Origin: Methanobacteriota archaeon
GTDB taxonomy: Archaea; Thermoplasmatota; Poseidoniia; Poseidoniales; Poseidoniaceae
Reading direction: 5' to 3'
DNA: 63,898 bases
Assembly: GCA_002729095.1 (NCBI GenBank)
Contig: PBWC01000058.1
Location: 30,931 to 94,828, forward strand
The translations under genes were made by a program, and so were the position numbers. Shown piece after piece: positions 17,942 through 27,959 of this stretch. Numbering within the stretch: position 1 is the first letter of the stretch; every line of letters begins with the position of its first letter. The notes beneath the pieces are model-generated. The model saw nothing but the letters and a program-made list of their open reading frames with translations, searched no databases and was not told where the DNA came from.

Positions 17942-19843
17942 TTATTCAGAAATTGTCTGATGTTCCCACCATGGAGGTACTTCAAACCAAGCCTCATGTG
18001 TTGGTGGGCGGTCGATAATTGGCAGACCAATCATGCCACCATTTATCGTTAGTCCACCTGCTGGATTTGTAGAACACGGACTTGACAAATAGTCCTCGCC
18101 AGTTTCTGTTAGTTCTATTCTTAGAGAGTGTCCAGCAGGAATAACGATGTCTAGGGGATTAAATTCCATTAGCATGGTATATTGACTAAATGGAGCGGTG
18201 GCTTTAGCGTCGTAACCACCATCGCGGTATCGAATATCCATAGTGGCATGGCCAAGTCTGAGATTTGCAGTATCGTCATACATTGTAGCAAAAATTTGTC
18301 CTCCCTGACAGGCTTGTGTTGAAACGTCTAAGTGAAGTGTTGGTAGTCCGGAAACATGAGTTTCATCTTCAAAAATTTCGCTAGTTATTGTAACTGAAGA
18401 ACCCAGTCCATTTACAGTTCCACTAGCACCATTCCATTCGCTTGAAATGTCTTGAAGTAGCCAAGTCATATCCTCAGGAGGCCAGGTTTCCTCAACATGC
18501 CATTTACCGTAATTGGTTTGAATTTGTACCATTGGTTCAGGCTCTTCGCCTATGTCTTTGAGGTAGTAGTTGAACCATTGGAACAATTCCACAGCCCAAT
18601 CCATACGAGTCATATTAGGAAAGGCTTCTTTGCCATAGCCAGATTCTAATCCATTGTGTACTACCGGTTGGTCAGGATAATTATGTGCCCATTGGCCAGC
18701 GATTGCTCTAGCATTAATTCCAGCGTCGATCATCATTTGATAAGTCGGGAAGGCGTGATAAGGATCAACATTCCAATCCTGTAATCCCCAAACAAGATAT
18801 ACGCTACCACGATAATTTGCCAGAACATCGGGGAGATGTCTTCTTTCATCCCAGTAGTCATTCCATTTTGCGCCACCATATTCTGCCCCTGCCCATGTAG
18901 AAAATGGGTTTAGCGGCCCGATTAGGTCGTCAGTACACATTCGCATATCGTCGGTACCAAGGTCTGCTGTAGCACCTTCATACAGTGCATCATAAAGCAT
19001 TGCTCTACTTTCGGAAGAACCATTGCGATAGAACATTTCTTGGACACCTATTGAGCCAGAAATAGGCACAATCGTTTTGAGATATTCTGAGGGTTGTTGA
19101 GCAGCTTCCCAATTAGTTGTTCCAGCATATGATTTACCCATTAGTCCAACATTACCGTTCGACCAATTTTGTTCGCCCAACCACTCTACTACAGCTTGAA
19201 TTCCGGTTTGCTCTCCAAGTCCTTTAACATCTTGGCAGTGTGTTGATTGTCCAGTTCCAAAGGTTGATGCTTGGGCTAGAGCATATCCATGTGGTACAAA
19301 CGTATCATATACCCACTTTCCAACTCCACCATCAGGGACTGTATTCGGGTTAGAATCTTCTCCTACGATGCCTTCTCCACCAAAGTCATAGTATGGATGA
19401 ATTGTCATGATTACGGGAATTTTTGTCCCTGGCTCAACATCTGGCAACCAAAGAGCAACATGCATTACAGCAGGTTCAGGGAAGCCGGCGTCTTGTTCAC
19501 TCGCTGGAAGATCAACTTCAATGAAATGTTCAGTATATTCTGTTGCATTGTAAATTCCTTCTACAGGAAGTTTTGCTCTTGTATCATTCATTGGTAACTC
19601 CATAGTATGACGTAGATGTAGGGGAGTCTCCCACCATTCATATTCTTCAAGTTCCTCATTCAAACTACCAACAATTGCTTCTCCAAAACTAACTGCTAGT
19701 AACAAGAATACAACAGAAACGGCAATAGTCGATAATGCTGATAGATTTAATTCCCTTCTAGATGAATTTGTTGGTACAATATCGGCGACAAGTATCTCGC
19801 CTTCTATGAACGATTCACCGTCTGCCATGAACAGACCAATCAT
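17942..19843 (-). CDS. Membrane-anchored X-Pro dipeptidyl-peptidase / CocE-NonD family (S15) hydrolase
   Basis: N-terminal TM anchor and a nucleophile elbow GKSYAGT (GxSYxG). Size and layout (633 aa, C-terminal beta-sandwich region) fit the S15 family. Confidence 0.8.
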   Translation of the reverse strand: MIGLFMADGESFIEGEILVADIVPTNSSRRELNLSALSTIAVSVVFLLLAVSFGEAIVGSLNEELEEYEWWETPLHLRHTMELPMNDTRAKLPVEGIYNATEYTEHFIEVDLPASEQDAGFPEPAVMHVALWLPDVEPGTKIPVIMTIHPYYDFGGEGIVGEDSNPNTVPDGGVGKWVYDTFVPHGYALAQASTFGTGQSTHCQDVKGLGEQTGIQAVVEWLGEQNWSNGNVGLMGKSYAGTTNWEAAQQPSEYLKTIVPISGSIGVQEMFYRNGSSESRAMLYDALYEGATADLGTDDMRMCTDDLIGPLNPFSTWAGAEYGGAKWNDYWDERRHLPDVLANYRGSVYLVWGLQDWNVDPYHAFPTYQMMIDAGINARAIAGQWAHNYPDQPVVHNGLESGYGKEAFPNMTRMDWAVELFQWFNYYLKDIGEEPEPMVQIQTNYGKWHVEETWPPEDMTWLLQDISSEWNGASGTVNGLGSSVTITSEIFEDETHVSGLPTLHLDVSTQACQGGQIFATMYDDTANLRLGHATMDIRYRDGGYDAKATAPFSQYTMLMEFNPLDIVIPAGHSLRIELTETGEDYLSSPCSTNPAGGLTINGGMIGLPIIDRPPTHEAWFEVPPWWEHQTISE

Positions 19844-19908
19844 TTCTCCATCATGAGCATGACGCTTTCTTACACATAATTCATTGATGTGAAACTACTC
19901 AGCGCGTC

Positions 19909-20943
19909 ATGCGAGGACGATTCCTAACGACAATTGTCCTTATTTTTCTTTTTTCTGCACTGTTGCCATCAAGTTTAGCACAGCAGCAGCAACCTGAGTG
20001 GAGGTCGATTGGAATAGATCCTGAAACTTGGACAGATGGTCCAGTTGAAGAAGAAACACCGATGAAGGAAAGTTTTGAAGGTAATGCAATTTTACTGATA
20101 GAGGTTACATATTATAGATCTTTAACATCTGATGAATATCAAGGGAGTATAGTGATTGAATTATTTGAGCAGTGGGCTCCTATAACTACTAGCAATATTA
20201 TCGAGCACGTTGAAATTGGTTTGTATGATGGTATATTCTTTCATAGAGTAGTTGACGACTTCGTTATTCAATCTGGCGATCCTGAATGTAAAACCGAAGG
20301 AGCTTATCCACTTACTTCTCCCCAGTGCAGCAGTGGTGGTACCGGTGAAACAATCCCACTAGAGCATGATGAGAACTTGTCACATGTCGACGGTGCTATG
20401 GGCATGGCTAGAGGTGCAGAACAAGATTCTGGAGATTCTCAATGGTATATCACAGATACTGAACAACATGGTTTGGACCCTGAAAATAGGGACGATGGAG
20501 GTTATGCAGTTTTCGGCATTGTTAGAGATGGCATGACATTTGTTCGAGAAATTGCCAATACTCCAACAGCGACTAATCCGTTGAGTGACCAAGGAGTTCA
20601 AAATCCAGGGCCTGATTTACTAGGTCGTCCGATTAGAGAAGTCCATATTGATTCAATGCGAATGATTGGTGTTTCAGACCCGTATGGAAATATTAATTCC
20701 GGAGACTATGAAGCCCAGACGTATAATACAATTAGTGATTTTGATACTAAAATGTTGATTTCAATAACATTCGTCGTTTCAATACTAATTTTTGGAACAC
20801 TAGTTTACATCACTCAAATCGATCCACCCAAGACTCTTGATGATGAAACAGAATTAGTTTTGGATGCAATATTATTTGATGAGGAAGACGATCCATTTAC
20901 CAAACAGACTGATGTAGTAATTTTTCAAGAAGATTCAGATTAA
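19909..20943 (+). CDS. Cyclophilin-type peptidyl-prolyl isomerase, secreted and C-terminally membrane-anchored
   Basis: Signal peptide, cyclophilin motifs FHRVVDDFVIQSGDP, GAMGMARG and YAVFGIVRDGMTFV, then the TM helix LISITFVVSILIFGTLVYI and an acidic tail. Confidence 0.9.
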   Translation: MRGRFLTTIVLIFLFSALLPSSLAQQQQPEWRSIGIDPETWTDGPVEEETPMKESFEGNAILLIEVTYYRSLTSDEYQGSIVIELFEQWAPITTSNIIEHVEIGLYDGIFFHRVVDDFVIQSGDPECKTEGAYPLTSPQCSSGGTGETIPLEHDENLSHVDGAMGMARGAEQDSGDSQWYITDTEQHGLDPENRDDGGYAVFGIVRDGMTFVREIANTPTATNPLSDQGVQNPGPDLLGRPIREVHIDSMRMIGVSDPYGNINSGDYEAQTYNTISDFDTKMLISITFVVSILIFGTLVYITQIDPPKTLDDETELVLDAILFDEEDDPFTKQTDVVIFQEDSD

Positions 20944-20990
20944 TTACGATTTATAAAAAGTGCTTTCAAGTTTGATATTTTAGCCATACT

Positions 20991-23705
20991 ATGCGAAAGG
21001 CAGCATCTATTCTTGTGTTGCTACTTTTGTTACAGGTTTTTGTACCAACTGTTGATGCACAACCTAACTCACCAAATGTGGAGCTTAGCACAGAAAAATA
21101 TGACTGGTTTTCTAATGAAACAGTTTCTATAATTGTTAAACTATCCAATGCTCCTTTCGGTAAAGATTTATTCGCAAATTGGCAGGTTAAGGATTATAAT
21201 GACGTGGTTGTATCCAATGGGACTTATGTTTTTCAAGCAACTGGAACCATGACAGAATTTGAAATAAGTTTCAAGCATTTTTTCAATGGGCAAAATTTTT
21301 ACTTTTTCTCTGTTGAAATCGTTGATTCATCGAGTTCAATAATTGGAAATAGTGGCTATTCTTTTATGGTTTTTCAAAATTCAAAAATGCCACAGATCAA
21401 TAATCTACTTGTTTTTGGCGACTCTTTAAGTGATATGGGAAATGCCAAAAATTCGGTATTAGATGTTCCAGATGTACCACCTTACTGGCAAGGCAGATTT
21501 TCAAACGGGCAGGTTTGGATTGAGTATGTTTCTCAATCGTACGGCTTGACAACTACAATTGGTTCAGGAGTAGAATCTGGCGATAACCGAGCTTTTGGAG
21601 GTTCGCAAACTGGGGCAGGGTTCTCTTATGTTCTACTTCCAAATGTAGGCACACAGATTTCGAATTATCTTGCGAATGTACAATCCTCCATACCTGCTAA
21701 TAATGTGGTTAGTTTATGGGCAGGCGGGAATGATTTTCTTTACGGTACTGCCAATTCTAATACGATTGTAGCAAATATGGAGGCACATATTCGGCAGTTA
21801 GCAAGCGCTGGAGCAACCGAATTCATAATGCCCAATTTACCGCCGCTTGAAAAAACTCCTGAAATACTTAGTAGGAGCCAGAATCAACAAAATTCAATTG
21901 CTGCAGAAGTAGTTTCCTACAATCAAAAGCTATTTTCACTGATAAACAATATATCAACCGAACTAAATCTAGTGATTCATTTCATTGATGCATGGTCTCT
22001 ATTCAATGATATTGTGAATAATAGTTTTGCATTAGGCATTACAAATACGCAAGAATCTGCATGCCCTGATTCTGGAACATTACTACCTTTGCCTATTTGT
22101 GATAGTTCCTCGAGTTTAGTATCTAATCCCGATGAGTATCTTTTCTTTGACAAGGCTCATCCAACTAGAGTTATGCACAAATTCATATCATATTTTGCAA
22201 TCCAATCTATTGGATATGCAGAGACTGATGGCGATGGCGTAATTGATGATTATGATTTATGCCCATGGACAGAACAGGGTAAATCAGTAGATATATCAGG
22301 TTGCTCTTGGGAACAATTAGACGATGATCAGGATGGCGTTGTAAATGGAAACGATATTTGTCCATCTACAGCAATCGATTCAATTGTTGACGGTAATGGT
22401 TGCTCGGCTGAGCAGAGAGATAGTGATGGAGACGGACTAAATGACGCTATTGACCCTTGTCCATTTAGTGAGCTATTGAATGATCATGACTCAGATGGAT
22501 GTACTGATGATGTTGATGTTGATGATGACAATGATTTAGTTCCTGATCTCGAGGATAATTGTCCTAAAGGGTTAATCGGGGTTCATAACAACGACTTCGA
22601 CTCAGACGGGTGTAGGGACATTGAAGACTCAGATATGGATGGTGATCAATTACCCAATCTCGATGAAGGTGATATTGGTAGCGATCCTCTTGATGAAGAT
22701 ACAGATGATGATGGATTTATTGATGGAATAGATAAATTTCCACTGGACCCGCTTGAATGGTATGATAGTGATGGAGATGGCTGCGGTGATAATTCAGATG
22801 ACTTCCCTTCAGATTCCTCAGAATGCCTTGATTCAGACAATGATGGATATGGAGATAATACGGATGCATTTCCAGATGATTTTACCGAGTGGATAGATAC
22901 TGATGGTGATGGATTTGGAGATAATAGAGATGCTTGCCCTAAGGTTCTTGGTTACTCATATTCACCTTTAGGTTGTCCAGATCGAGATGGAGACGGGTAT
23001 TCTGATGAAACAGACTTGTTTCCAAACGATCCAGATGATTGGTCCGATTATGATGGCGACGGAGTAGGTGATAATACCGATTTATTCCCTAATGACTCAA
23101 CTGATTGGGCTGATTTAGACAATGATACATACGGAGATAATCGAGATTCATTTCCTAGTGACCCATTAGAGTGGAACGATACAGACGGAGATACTGTCGG
23201 AGATAATTCCGACGCATTTCCAAATGATTCAACAGAATGGTTCGATTCTGACCAAGATGGGTGCGGCGACAATATCGATGTTTGGCCATATGACCCTGCA
23301 GAATGTTATGACAGGGATGTTGATGGGATTGGAGATAATACTGACGTTTTCCCCGATGATCGTTCGGAATGGAATGATTCTGACGGCGATGGATTAGGCG
23401 ATAATGCAGATATATTCCCCAATGATTCTAAAGCCAAATATGATGATGATGGTGACGGGATTGCCAACTATTACGACCCATTTCCAGATAATGCAAATAT
23501 GGATTCATGGTTTGATTTATTTGTGAGGATAATTTTCTTCTTAGTAGTAATTTCAGTTGTTATTTTATTATTCAAGAAAAATTCGAATAAAAATGAAAAT
23601 GAGAAATGGGAGTTATATGATGACGAAGCCATGCTTGAGAAACTGGGTGAAAAAACCGCTGATTCTAAACCCTCAGGCCCCCCTCCACCTGGGTCTTTTG
23701 GCTAA
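20991..23705 (+). CDS. Surface-anchored SGNH/GDSL lipase-esterase fused to a long TSP3-like repeat stalk and a C-terminal TM helix
   Basis: Signal peptide, GDSL block I VFGDSLSDMGN, block III WAGGNDF, block V FFDKAHPT, then dozens of DxDxDGxGDNxDxFPxD units. TM helix followed by the tail ...SKPSGPPPPGSFG. Confidence 0.85.
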   Translation: MRKAASILVLLLLLQVFVPTVDAQPNSPNVELSTEKYDWFSNETVSIIVKLSNAPFGKDLFANWQVKDYNDVVVSNGTYVFQATGTMTEFEISFKHFFNGQNFYFFSVEIVDSSSSIIGNSGYSFMVFQNSKMPQINNLLVFGDSLSDMGNAKNSVLDVPDVPPYWQGRFSNGQVWIEYVSQSYGLTTTIGSGVESGDNRAFGGSQTGAGFSYVLLPNVGTQISNYLANVQSSIPANNVVSLWAGGNDFLYGTANSNTIVANMEAHIRQLASAGATEFIMPNLPPLEKTPEILSRSQNQQNSIAAEVVSYNQKLFSLINNISTELNLVIHFIDAWSLFNDIVNNSFALGITNTQESACPDSGTLLPLPICDSSSSLVSNPDEYLFFDKAHPTRVMHKFISYFAIQSIGYAETDGDGVIDDYDLCPWTEQGKSVDISGCSWEQLDDDQDGVVNGNDICPSTAIDSIVDGNGCSAEQRDSDGDGLNDAIDPCPFSELLNDHDSDGCTDDVDVDDDNDLVPDLEDNCPKGLIGVHNNDFDSDGCRDIEDSDMDGDQLPNLDEGDIGSDPLDEDTDDDGFIDGIDKFPLDPLEWYDSDGDGCGDNSDDFPSDSSECLDSDNDGYGDNTDAFPDDFTEWIDTDGDGFGDNRDACPKVLGYSYSPLGCPDRDGDGYSDETDLFPNDPDDWSDYDGDGVGDNTDLFPNDSTDWADLDNDTYGDNRDSFPSDPLEWNDTDGDTVGDNSDAFPNDSTEWFDSDQDGCGDNIDVWPYDPAECYDRDVDGIGDNTDVFPDDRSEWNDSDGDGLGDNADIFPNDSKAKYDDDGDGIANYYDPFPDNANMDSWFDLFVRIIFFLVVISVVILLFKKNSNKNENEKWELYDDEAMLEKLGEKTADSKPSGPPPPGSFG
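22221..23500 (+). repeat. TSP3-like Ca-binding Asp-repeat array within the CDS
   Basis: Iterated D-x-D-x-DG-x-GDN-x-D-x-FP-x-D-x-x-EW units read directly from the translation. Confidence 0.85.
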
Positions 23706-23706
23706 G

Positions 23707-24870
23707 TCATCTTATCTCAATGTCAAGAACAACATGCCTAATATAAGGTGCATACCATTTTACTTTCTCTAAATTTGAGACAGTAAATCTCCAATTTTTA
23801 TTAATCAGTTTCGCCATTTCTTCTAACTTAGAAACTGTTTCTTCAGTCCATGAATTGATGTTTTCTTCCGGGACATTCATGTGAATATGGATCCATCCAC
23901 CTTCTTTTTTTAGGCATTTCAAAGCATCAAACCAGGCACCCTCCGAAGAAGGAAGTAAGCCTAAATGACATCGATCAGCAATTCCTTCAAGTTTTGGCAA
24001 GCTCAATTTATTGTCTCCTTCATGTATTGTTATTCTATCCTCAACGCAGTTTTTTTCCGCACCCCAGATAAGCGCATTAATTGAATTAGGATTTATTTCA
24101 CATGCATGAACATGTCTTGCTTTACTTCTAACAAGCATTGGCAAAGTATAGTACCCAATACCAGCGAATGCATCAACAACCACTTCACCTGTCATTTCGA
24201 TATTTCCTATTCTATGCCTCTCAGTGACATTACCAGAGGAATACATAACTTTTGTTGCATCGAAGCCAAAGTGAACTCCATGATCAATTAATTCAACCCA
24301 GCCTTCATCTCCATATAACATCTCAACTTGTGAGGATCTAATAATATCCTTCGAAATAGGCTGCTGGCGGCCTAATTTTTCCACCTTCAGTGACTGACAA
24401 ACTGATTTCCATAAATTATCAATTTGCCTGCTTTTACATTTAGACAATACGTCTTGCCATTCATCATCCATGAAGGAAGAAGACGGTAGTAGAGCTAGAT
24501 TCCCTAAAAGTTCCCATTTAGAAGGGATTTTTTTTAGTAATTCATTTGTCTGAAAATTATTATCCTGCAACCAAATTTTTATTTTTTCTTTCATTAACTT
24601 AGCTGGAGAAATTGATAATTTATTTTTTTCTAAATTTTCTCTGGATATTTCGAATTCGCTTGAAAATTCGGGAAACAGATTACATAATTCATCAAATATA
24701 TTTCCATAATCATCGATAATTGGCATTGCTAACTTATCAGAAAATCTTCTAGGTTTAAGCGATTGGCGGTATAATTTTTTTTCAAGCAATATCGATTTTA
24801 TTTCATCTGATTTTTTTAGAGGAGCCAAAATCACCATTGTTTCTTTAATGGAGTTGTCAACATCGCTCAT
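23707..24870 (-). CDS. taw2: Trm5/TYW2 (Met-10+) family tRNA modification enzyme, most like Taw2 (wybutosine pathway aminocarboxypropyltransferase)
   Basis: SAM-binding motif VVDAFAGIGYYTLP and the TYW2-like segment HLGLLPSSEGAW...GGWIHIHMNV. Confidence 0.65.
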   Translation of the reverse strand: MSDVDNSIKETMVILAPLKKSDEIKSILLEKKLYRQSLKPRRFSDKLAMPIIDDYGNIFDELCNLFPEFSSEFEISRENLEKNKLSISPAKLMKEKIKIWLQDNNFQTNELLKKIPSKWELLGNLALLPSSSFMDDEWQDVLSKCKSRQIDNLWKSVCQSLKVEKLGRQQPISKDIIRSSQVEMLYGDEGWVELIDHGVHFGFDATKVMYSSGNVTERHRIGNIEMTGEVVVDAFAGIGYYTLPMLVRSKARHVHACEINPNSINALIWGAEKNCVEDRITIHEGDNKLSLPKLEGIADRCHLGLLPSSEGAWFDALKCLKKEGGWIHIHMNVPEENINSWTEETVSKLEEMAKLINKNWRFTVSNLEKVKWYAPYIRHVVLDIEIR

Positions 24871-24920
24871 ATAACGCTCACGAGGGTAATTGCTTTGAAT
24901 GTCTCTCTCATAGGCCGTCC

Positions 24921-27900
24921 ATGACGGTGAACAAAATCACAAGTCAAAAAAGTTCGAAATTGATGATTTTACTTATACAATCTGTTCTTCTTTTACAGAT
25001 TTTTGCACCATTTGCAAGTGCTAGTGGAATGACAAGCTGCTCTAACTTAGGCGGCGCATGTGATGACTATAATTCAGCACATGATGAAACTCCAGACCAA
25101 CAAGACTGGGTGAATGGAACTTATGATTTTAAGTTACTAGACACATCAAAAATCCGTCTTGATTTAACTTGGGCAATTCATGAGTTTGATAGATCCGCTC
25201 TAGGACTTAATGACGGAGGTGCAATCGAGGCAGCTCTAGCCGCCGATGGATTAGATTCTAAGGATGGGGCACCTGCCGACCTAATCAGAAATTATTTCGA
25301 CGAACAACCGCCCGGAATGGGAACTAACGTTAGTAATAAATTAATTTTAGAGGTTAGCGAAGCTCTAGAGAATTCACTTGAGTCTGGATTTGGAGACACA
25401 ACTATTCTATCAACCGATTATGTAGATTCAATAACCAATGATGGAATCACTATTCCTTGTTCATCAAGTCCTGCTGATGACTCAGTTTATTCCTCAGAAG
25501 GTCAAACGGTTAACAATGCTTTTTATCCTCCAATATGTATTTCTTCCTCACTAGATATTACGCTCACAGAAAGTGCATTTAATTTGAATTCAAGTTCATC
25601 TTTTGATTTAGAAAGAACCTACCAGGGACTGCTAGTTATGGGTGCTGAAATAACCACTGATTTTTCTCTAGTTACTCTTCCGGGACATCAGGGTAACTAC
25701 TCGTTTTCACCGCCCGATTATGCCAACATCAAGTCAGTAGATCCTAGCGGCGATATCTCTCTGCGTTTTGGCCCTCCATCTTATTTTGCTGGTGAGTGGG
25801 ATGTCGATTATAGAGATGCACCCGAAGGAGCTAGTAACCTAGAAACTCCTATTTCCGTAACTATAGTTAATCAAAATAGAACCTCTACAAATACTGTTAG
25901 TATTGACAGTTCTAGTAAGGCCATAGATTTGAGTATTAAATTAGATTTATCCGACGAATCAGCCGCAACTTTAGATTTTATTATCGAGATGGCTTACTTA
26001 GATGAGTCAATCTTGAACGATTGGAATATTTCTTTACTCAGCGTAACAGATAAAGCAACTCTTCCGGTTGTAACATCGGACGGTATTAGGCTTGCTTATC
26101 ACAATGGTTTAGTAGATTTGACTGAGTTTACATCTCAGTTTCCAGTCGAATCAATCGCTGATGGAATATCATCGACAGTAGGTGGAATTGAACAGATTCA
26201 GATGAATGATATGTATTGGGTATCAGATGCAATATCTGATGGTTTAGATACTCCAGGGGGTCTAAATTATTCACATTCAAATGGATGTTCTGAAACAGTC
26301 GACCCAGGCGTTGTTATTCATTACTGTGTAGAAGGTCCTTCTGCTATGACTGAAGAATATCCAGTATTCCTTAGAACTACTAGCCAACCCTTTTCAATGC
26401 GTTTAATTGATATTTTGAAGGAAAACAATGGGGATGAAAATATTGCTAAATTCCTAGATGTAATTACAGAAAATGATTTTAGAAGTGTATTGAACAGTGG
26501 TCTATCCATTGAAACCGCATTATCATCAGAATATTTAGAAGGAATAATCCCATCAAATCTACCACCTTCAGAATTGACCTTGGAAATTGTTCTTCCTGTG
26601 TGGGTTCGAACCATAGATGGGCAAAATAGCATTATTCTAACTCATAGTTTGGAGAATAATTCTGATTCAGAAATCTCTTTTGCAGGTACCGATCCTTATG
26701 ATTGGAGAAATGAAATTAAGAATTCCGATGGTCAAGTAGTCTGTACTACTTTGGAGCGAACATGTATTACCAGTTCGATTGATTTCGATGTTTCAGCGTT
26801 TAGAATAAATGAGTGGAGCCAATCAGTTTCTCTAGATTTTGCTCTGGATGCAGAAGTCTCGATTCATAGAATCTCAGTTCCTCTCGATAGACTAAATCGG
26901 TCAGGTTCAACTCAAGTACATATGGAAGCACTTCCTTCTGATTTAATCAGATTAGGACTTGATATAGCTAGTAGGATGGCCGAGCCTCTCGTATTTGATG
27001 GGCCAGACAGCGTTTGTAGTGATGACCAAGACTTGGAAGTCTGCGATGAAGATTTATCCTTCAGTTTTACCCATCAAGGACTTACTGATTTTTCGAAGGA
27101 GGTAGGTGAAATTTTGACCGATTTAATTCATCAATCTGGGGAAAAAATACCTGAAAATGAGAACTCACCATTTACAAGAGTAGACCTTAGCGGATTTCAA
27201 ATTAAAACTTCAGTTGATGGTTTGGGAACCCCAGATTTATCCATTGGCGACGATGAACCAATTACTCTCAGTGTTAAAATCCCACAGGTGGAGTTTGAAT
27301 TGGATGTCGATGGAAACATTGGTGAAATGGTTAATGGAGAAATGGATAGTCTTGAAGTATCATTTTTGGCCACTGCTATGAGAAGTTATTTCCTTAGCCC
27401 GATGGTAAATGTTGCAGAAGCAATGGGAACTAGTCTTTCCAATGGTTTAGTTTCAGGCCAAGGCCTCACCTACCCAGATCCTGAGCAAGGCGAGTTGAGT
27501 TATACATTCTCAGGTAACACTTCTGTTAACGAAGAATTTGAGGCAAAGATAAGCGGTCCAGTATCAATCACCTTACCTAGAGGAATCACTCTCAAAGATG
27601 CAACTTCTACTTCAGGCAATCTAGAGATTAAGGAAATTGATGGAAGACAGAAAATAACCTATACTGTACCTAACGGAGAATTTGAGGACACTATTTCTTT
27701 CAGAATCGAAGTATCTTGGGTTTATTTAGTAACACAGTTCTGGGTCTATCCAACATTTGTAATTTTACTGATTTTCTTGATGGTTAGAAGAAGAATTAGA
27801 AAGCGAAGAAAGAAGAAGCAGAGGAAACAGGTTAAGACAGCTCAAGCAAGTAAAGTTGGTATTGGAGATAATGAATTCTCAGATTTACAGGGATTCCACA

Positions 27901-27953
27901 GTAGCGGAATGCATGGAGATTTAGAAGAATTCAAGGATTATTCGAATGATTAA
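24921..27953 (+). CDS. Large (1010 aa) secreted hypothetical protein with a C-terminal TM helix and a strongly basic juxtamembrane tail; surface or S-layer-type candidate
   Basis: Signal peptide (LLLQIFAPFASASG) and a Ser/Thr/Asp-rich ectodomain with many N-x-S/T sequons. TM helix FWVYPTFVILLIFLMV is followed by RRRIRKRRKKKQRKQ. No TSP3 repeats and no family recognised. Confidence 0.7.
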   Translation: MTVNKITSQKSSKLMILLIQSVLLLQIFAPFASASGMTSCSNLGGACDDYNSAHDETPDQQDWVNGTYDFKLLDTSKIRLDLTWAIHEFDRSALGLNDGGAIEAALAADGLDSKDGAPADLIRNYFDEQPPGMGTNVSNKLILEVSEALENSLESGFGDTTILSTDYVDSITNDGITIPCSSSPADDSVYSSEGQTVNNAFYPPICISSSLDITLTESAFNLNSSSSFDLERTYQGLLVMGAEITTDFSLVTLPGHQGNYSFSPPDYANIKSVDPSGDISLRFGPPSYFAGEWDVDYRDAPEGASNLETPISVTIVNQNRTSTNTVSIDSSSKAIDLSIKLDLSDESAATLDFIIEMAYLDESILNDWNISLLSVTDKATLPVVTSDGIRLAYHNGLVDLTEFTSQFPVESIADGISSTVGGIEQIQMNDMYWVSDAISDGLDTPGGLNYSHSNGCSETVDPGVVIHYCVEGPSAMTEEYPVFLRTTSQPFSMRLIDILKENNGDENIAKFLDVITENDFRSVLNSGLSIETALSSEYLEGIIPSNLPPSELTLEIVLPVWVRTIDGQNSIILTHSLENNSDSEISFAGTDPYDWRNEIKNSDGQVVCTTLERTCITSSIDFDVSAFRINEWSQSVSLDFALDAEVSIHRISVPLDRLNRSGSTQVHMEALPSDLIRLGLDIASRMAEPLVFDGPDSVCSDDQDLEVCDEDLSFSFTHQGLTDFSKEVGEILTDLIHQSGEKIPENENSPFTRVDLSGFQIKTSVDGLGTPDLSIGDDEPITLSVKIPQVEFELDVDGNIGEMVNGEMDSLEVSFLATAMRSYFLSPMVNVAEAMGTSLSNGLVSGQGLTYPDPEQGELSYTFSGNTSVNEEFEAKISGPVSITLPRGITLKDATSTSGNLEIKEIDGRQKITYTVPNGEFEDTISFRIEVSWVYLVTQFWVYPTFVILLIFLMVRRRIRKRRKKKQRKQVKTAQASKVGIGDNEFSDLQGFHSSGMHGDLEEFKDYSND

Positions 27954-27959
27954 ATCTGG

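Noticed and set aside
22646-23272. Minus-strand Ser/Pro-rich ORFs inside TSP3 arrays (22646..22840 and 23048..23272; similar ones at 46435..46677, 49846..50112 and 50455..50697)
   Set aside because: The reverse complement of repeated GAT-GGN-GAT codons yields open Ser/Pro-rich frames. They have no starts in sensible context and always lie inside much longer sense ORFs with recognisable domains.
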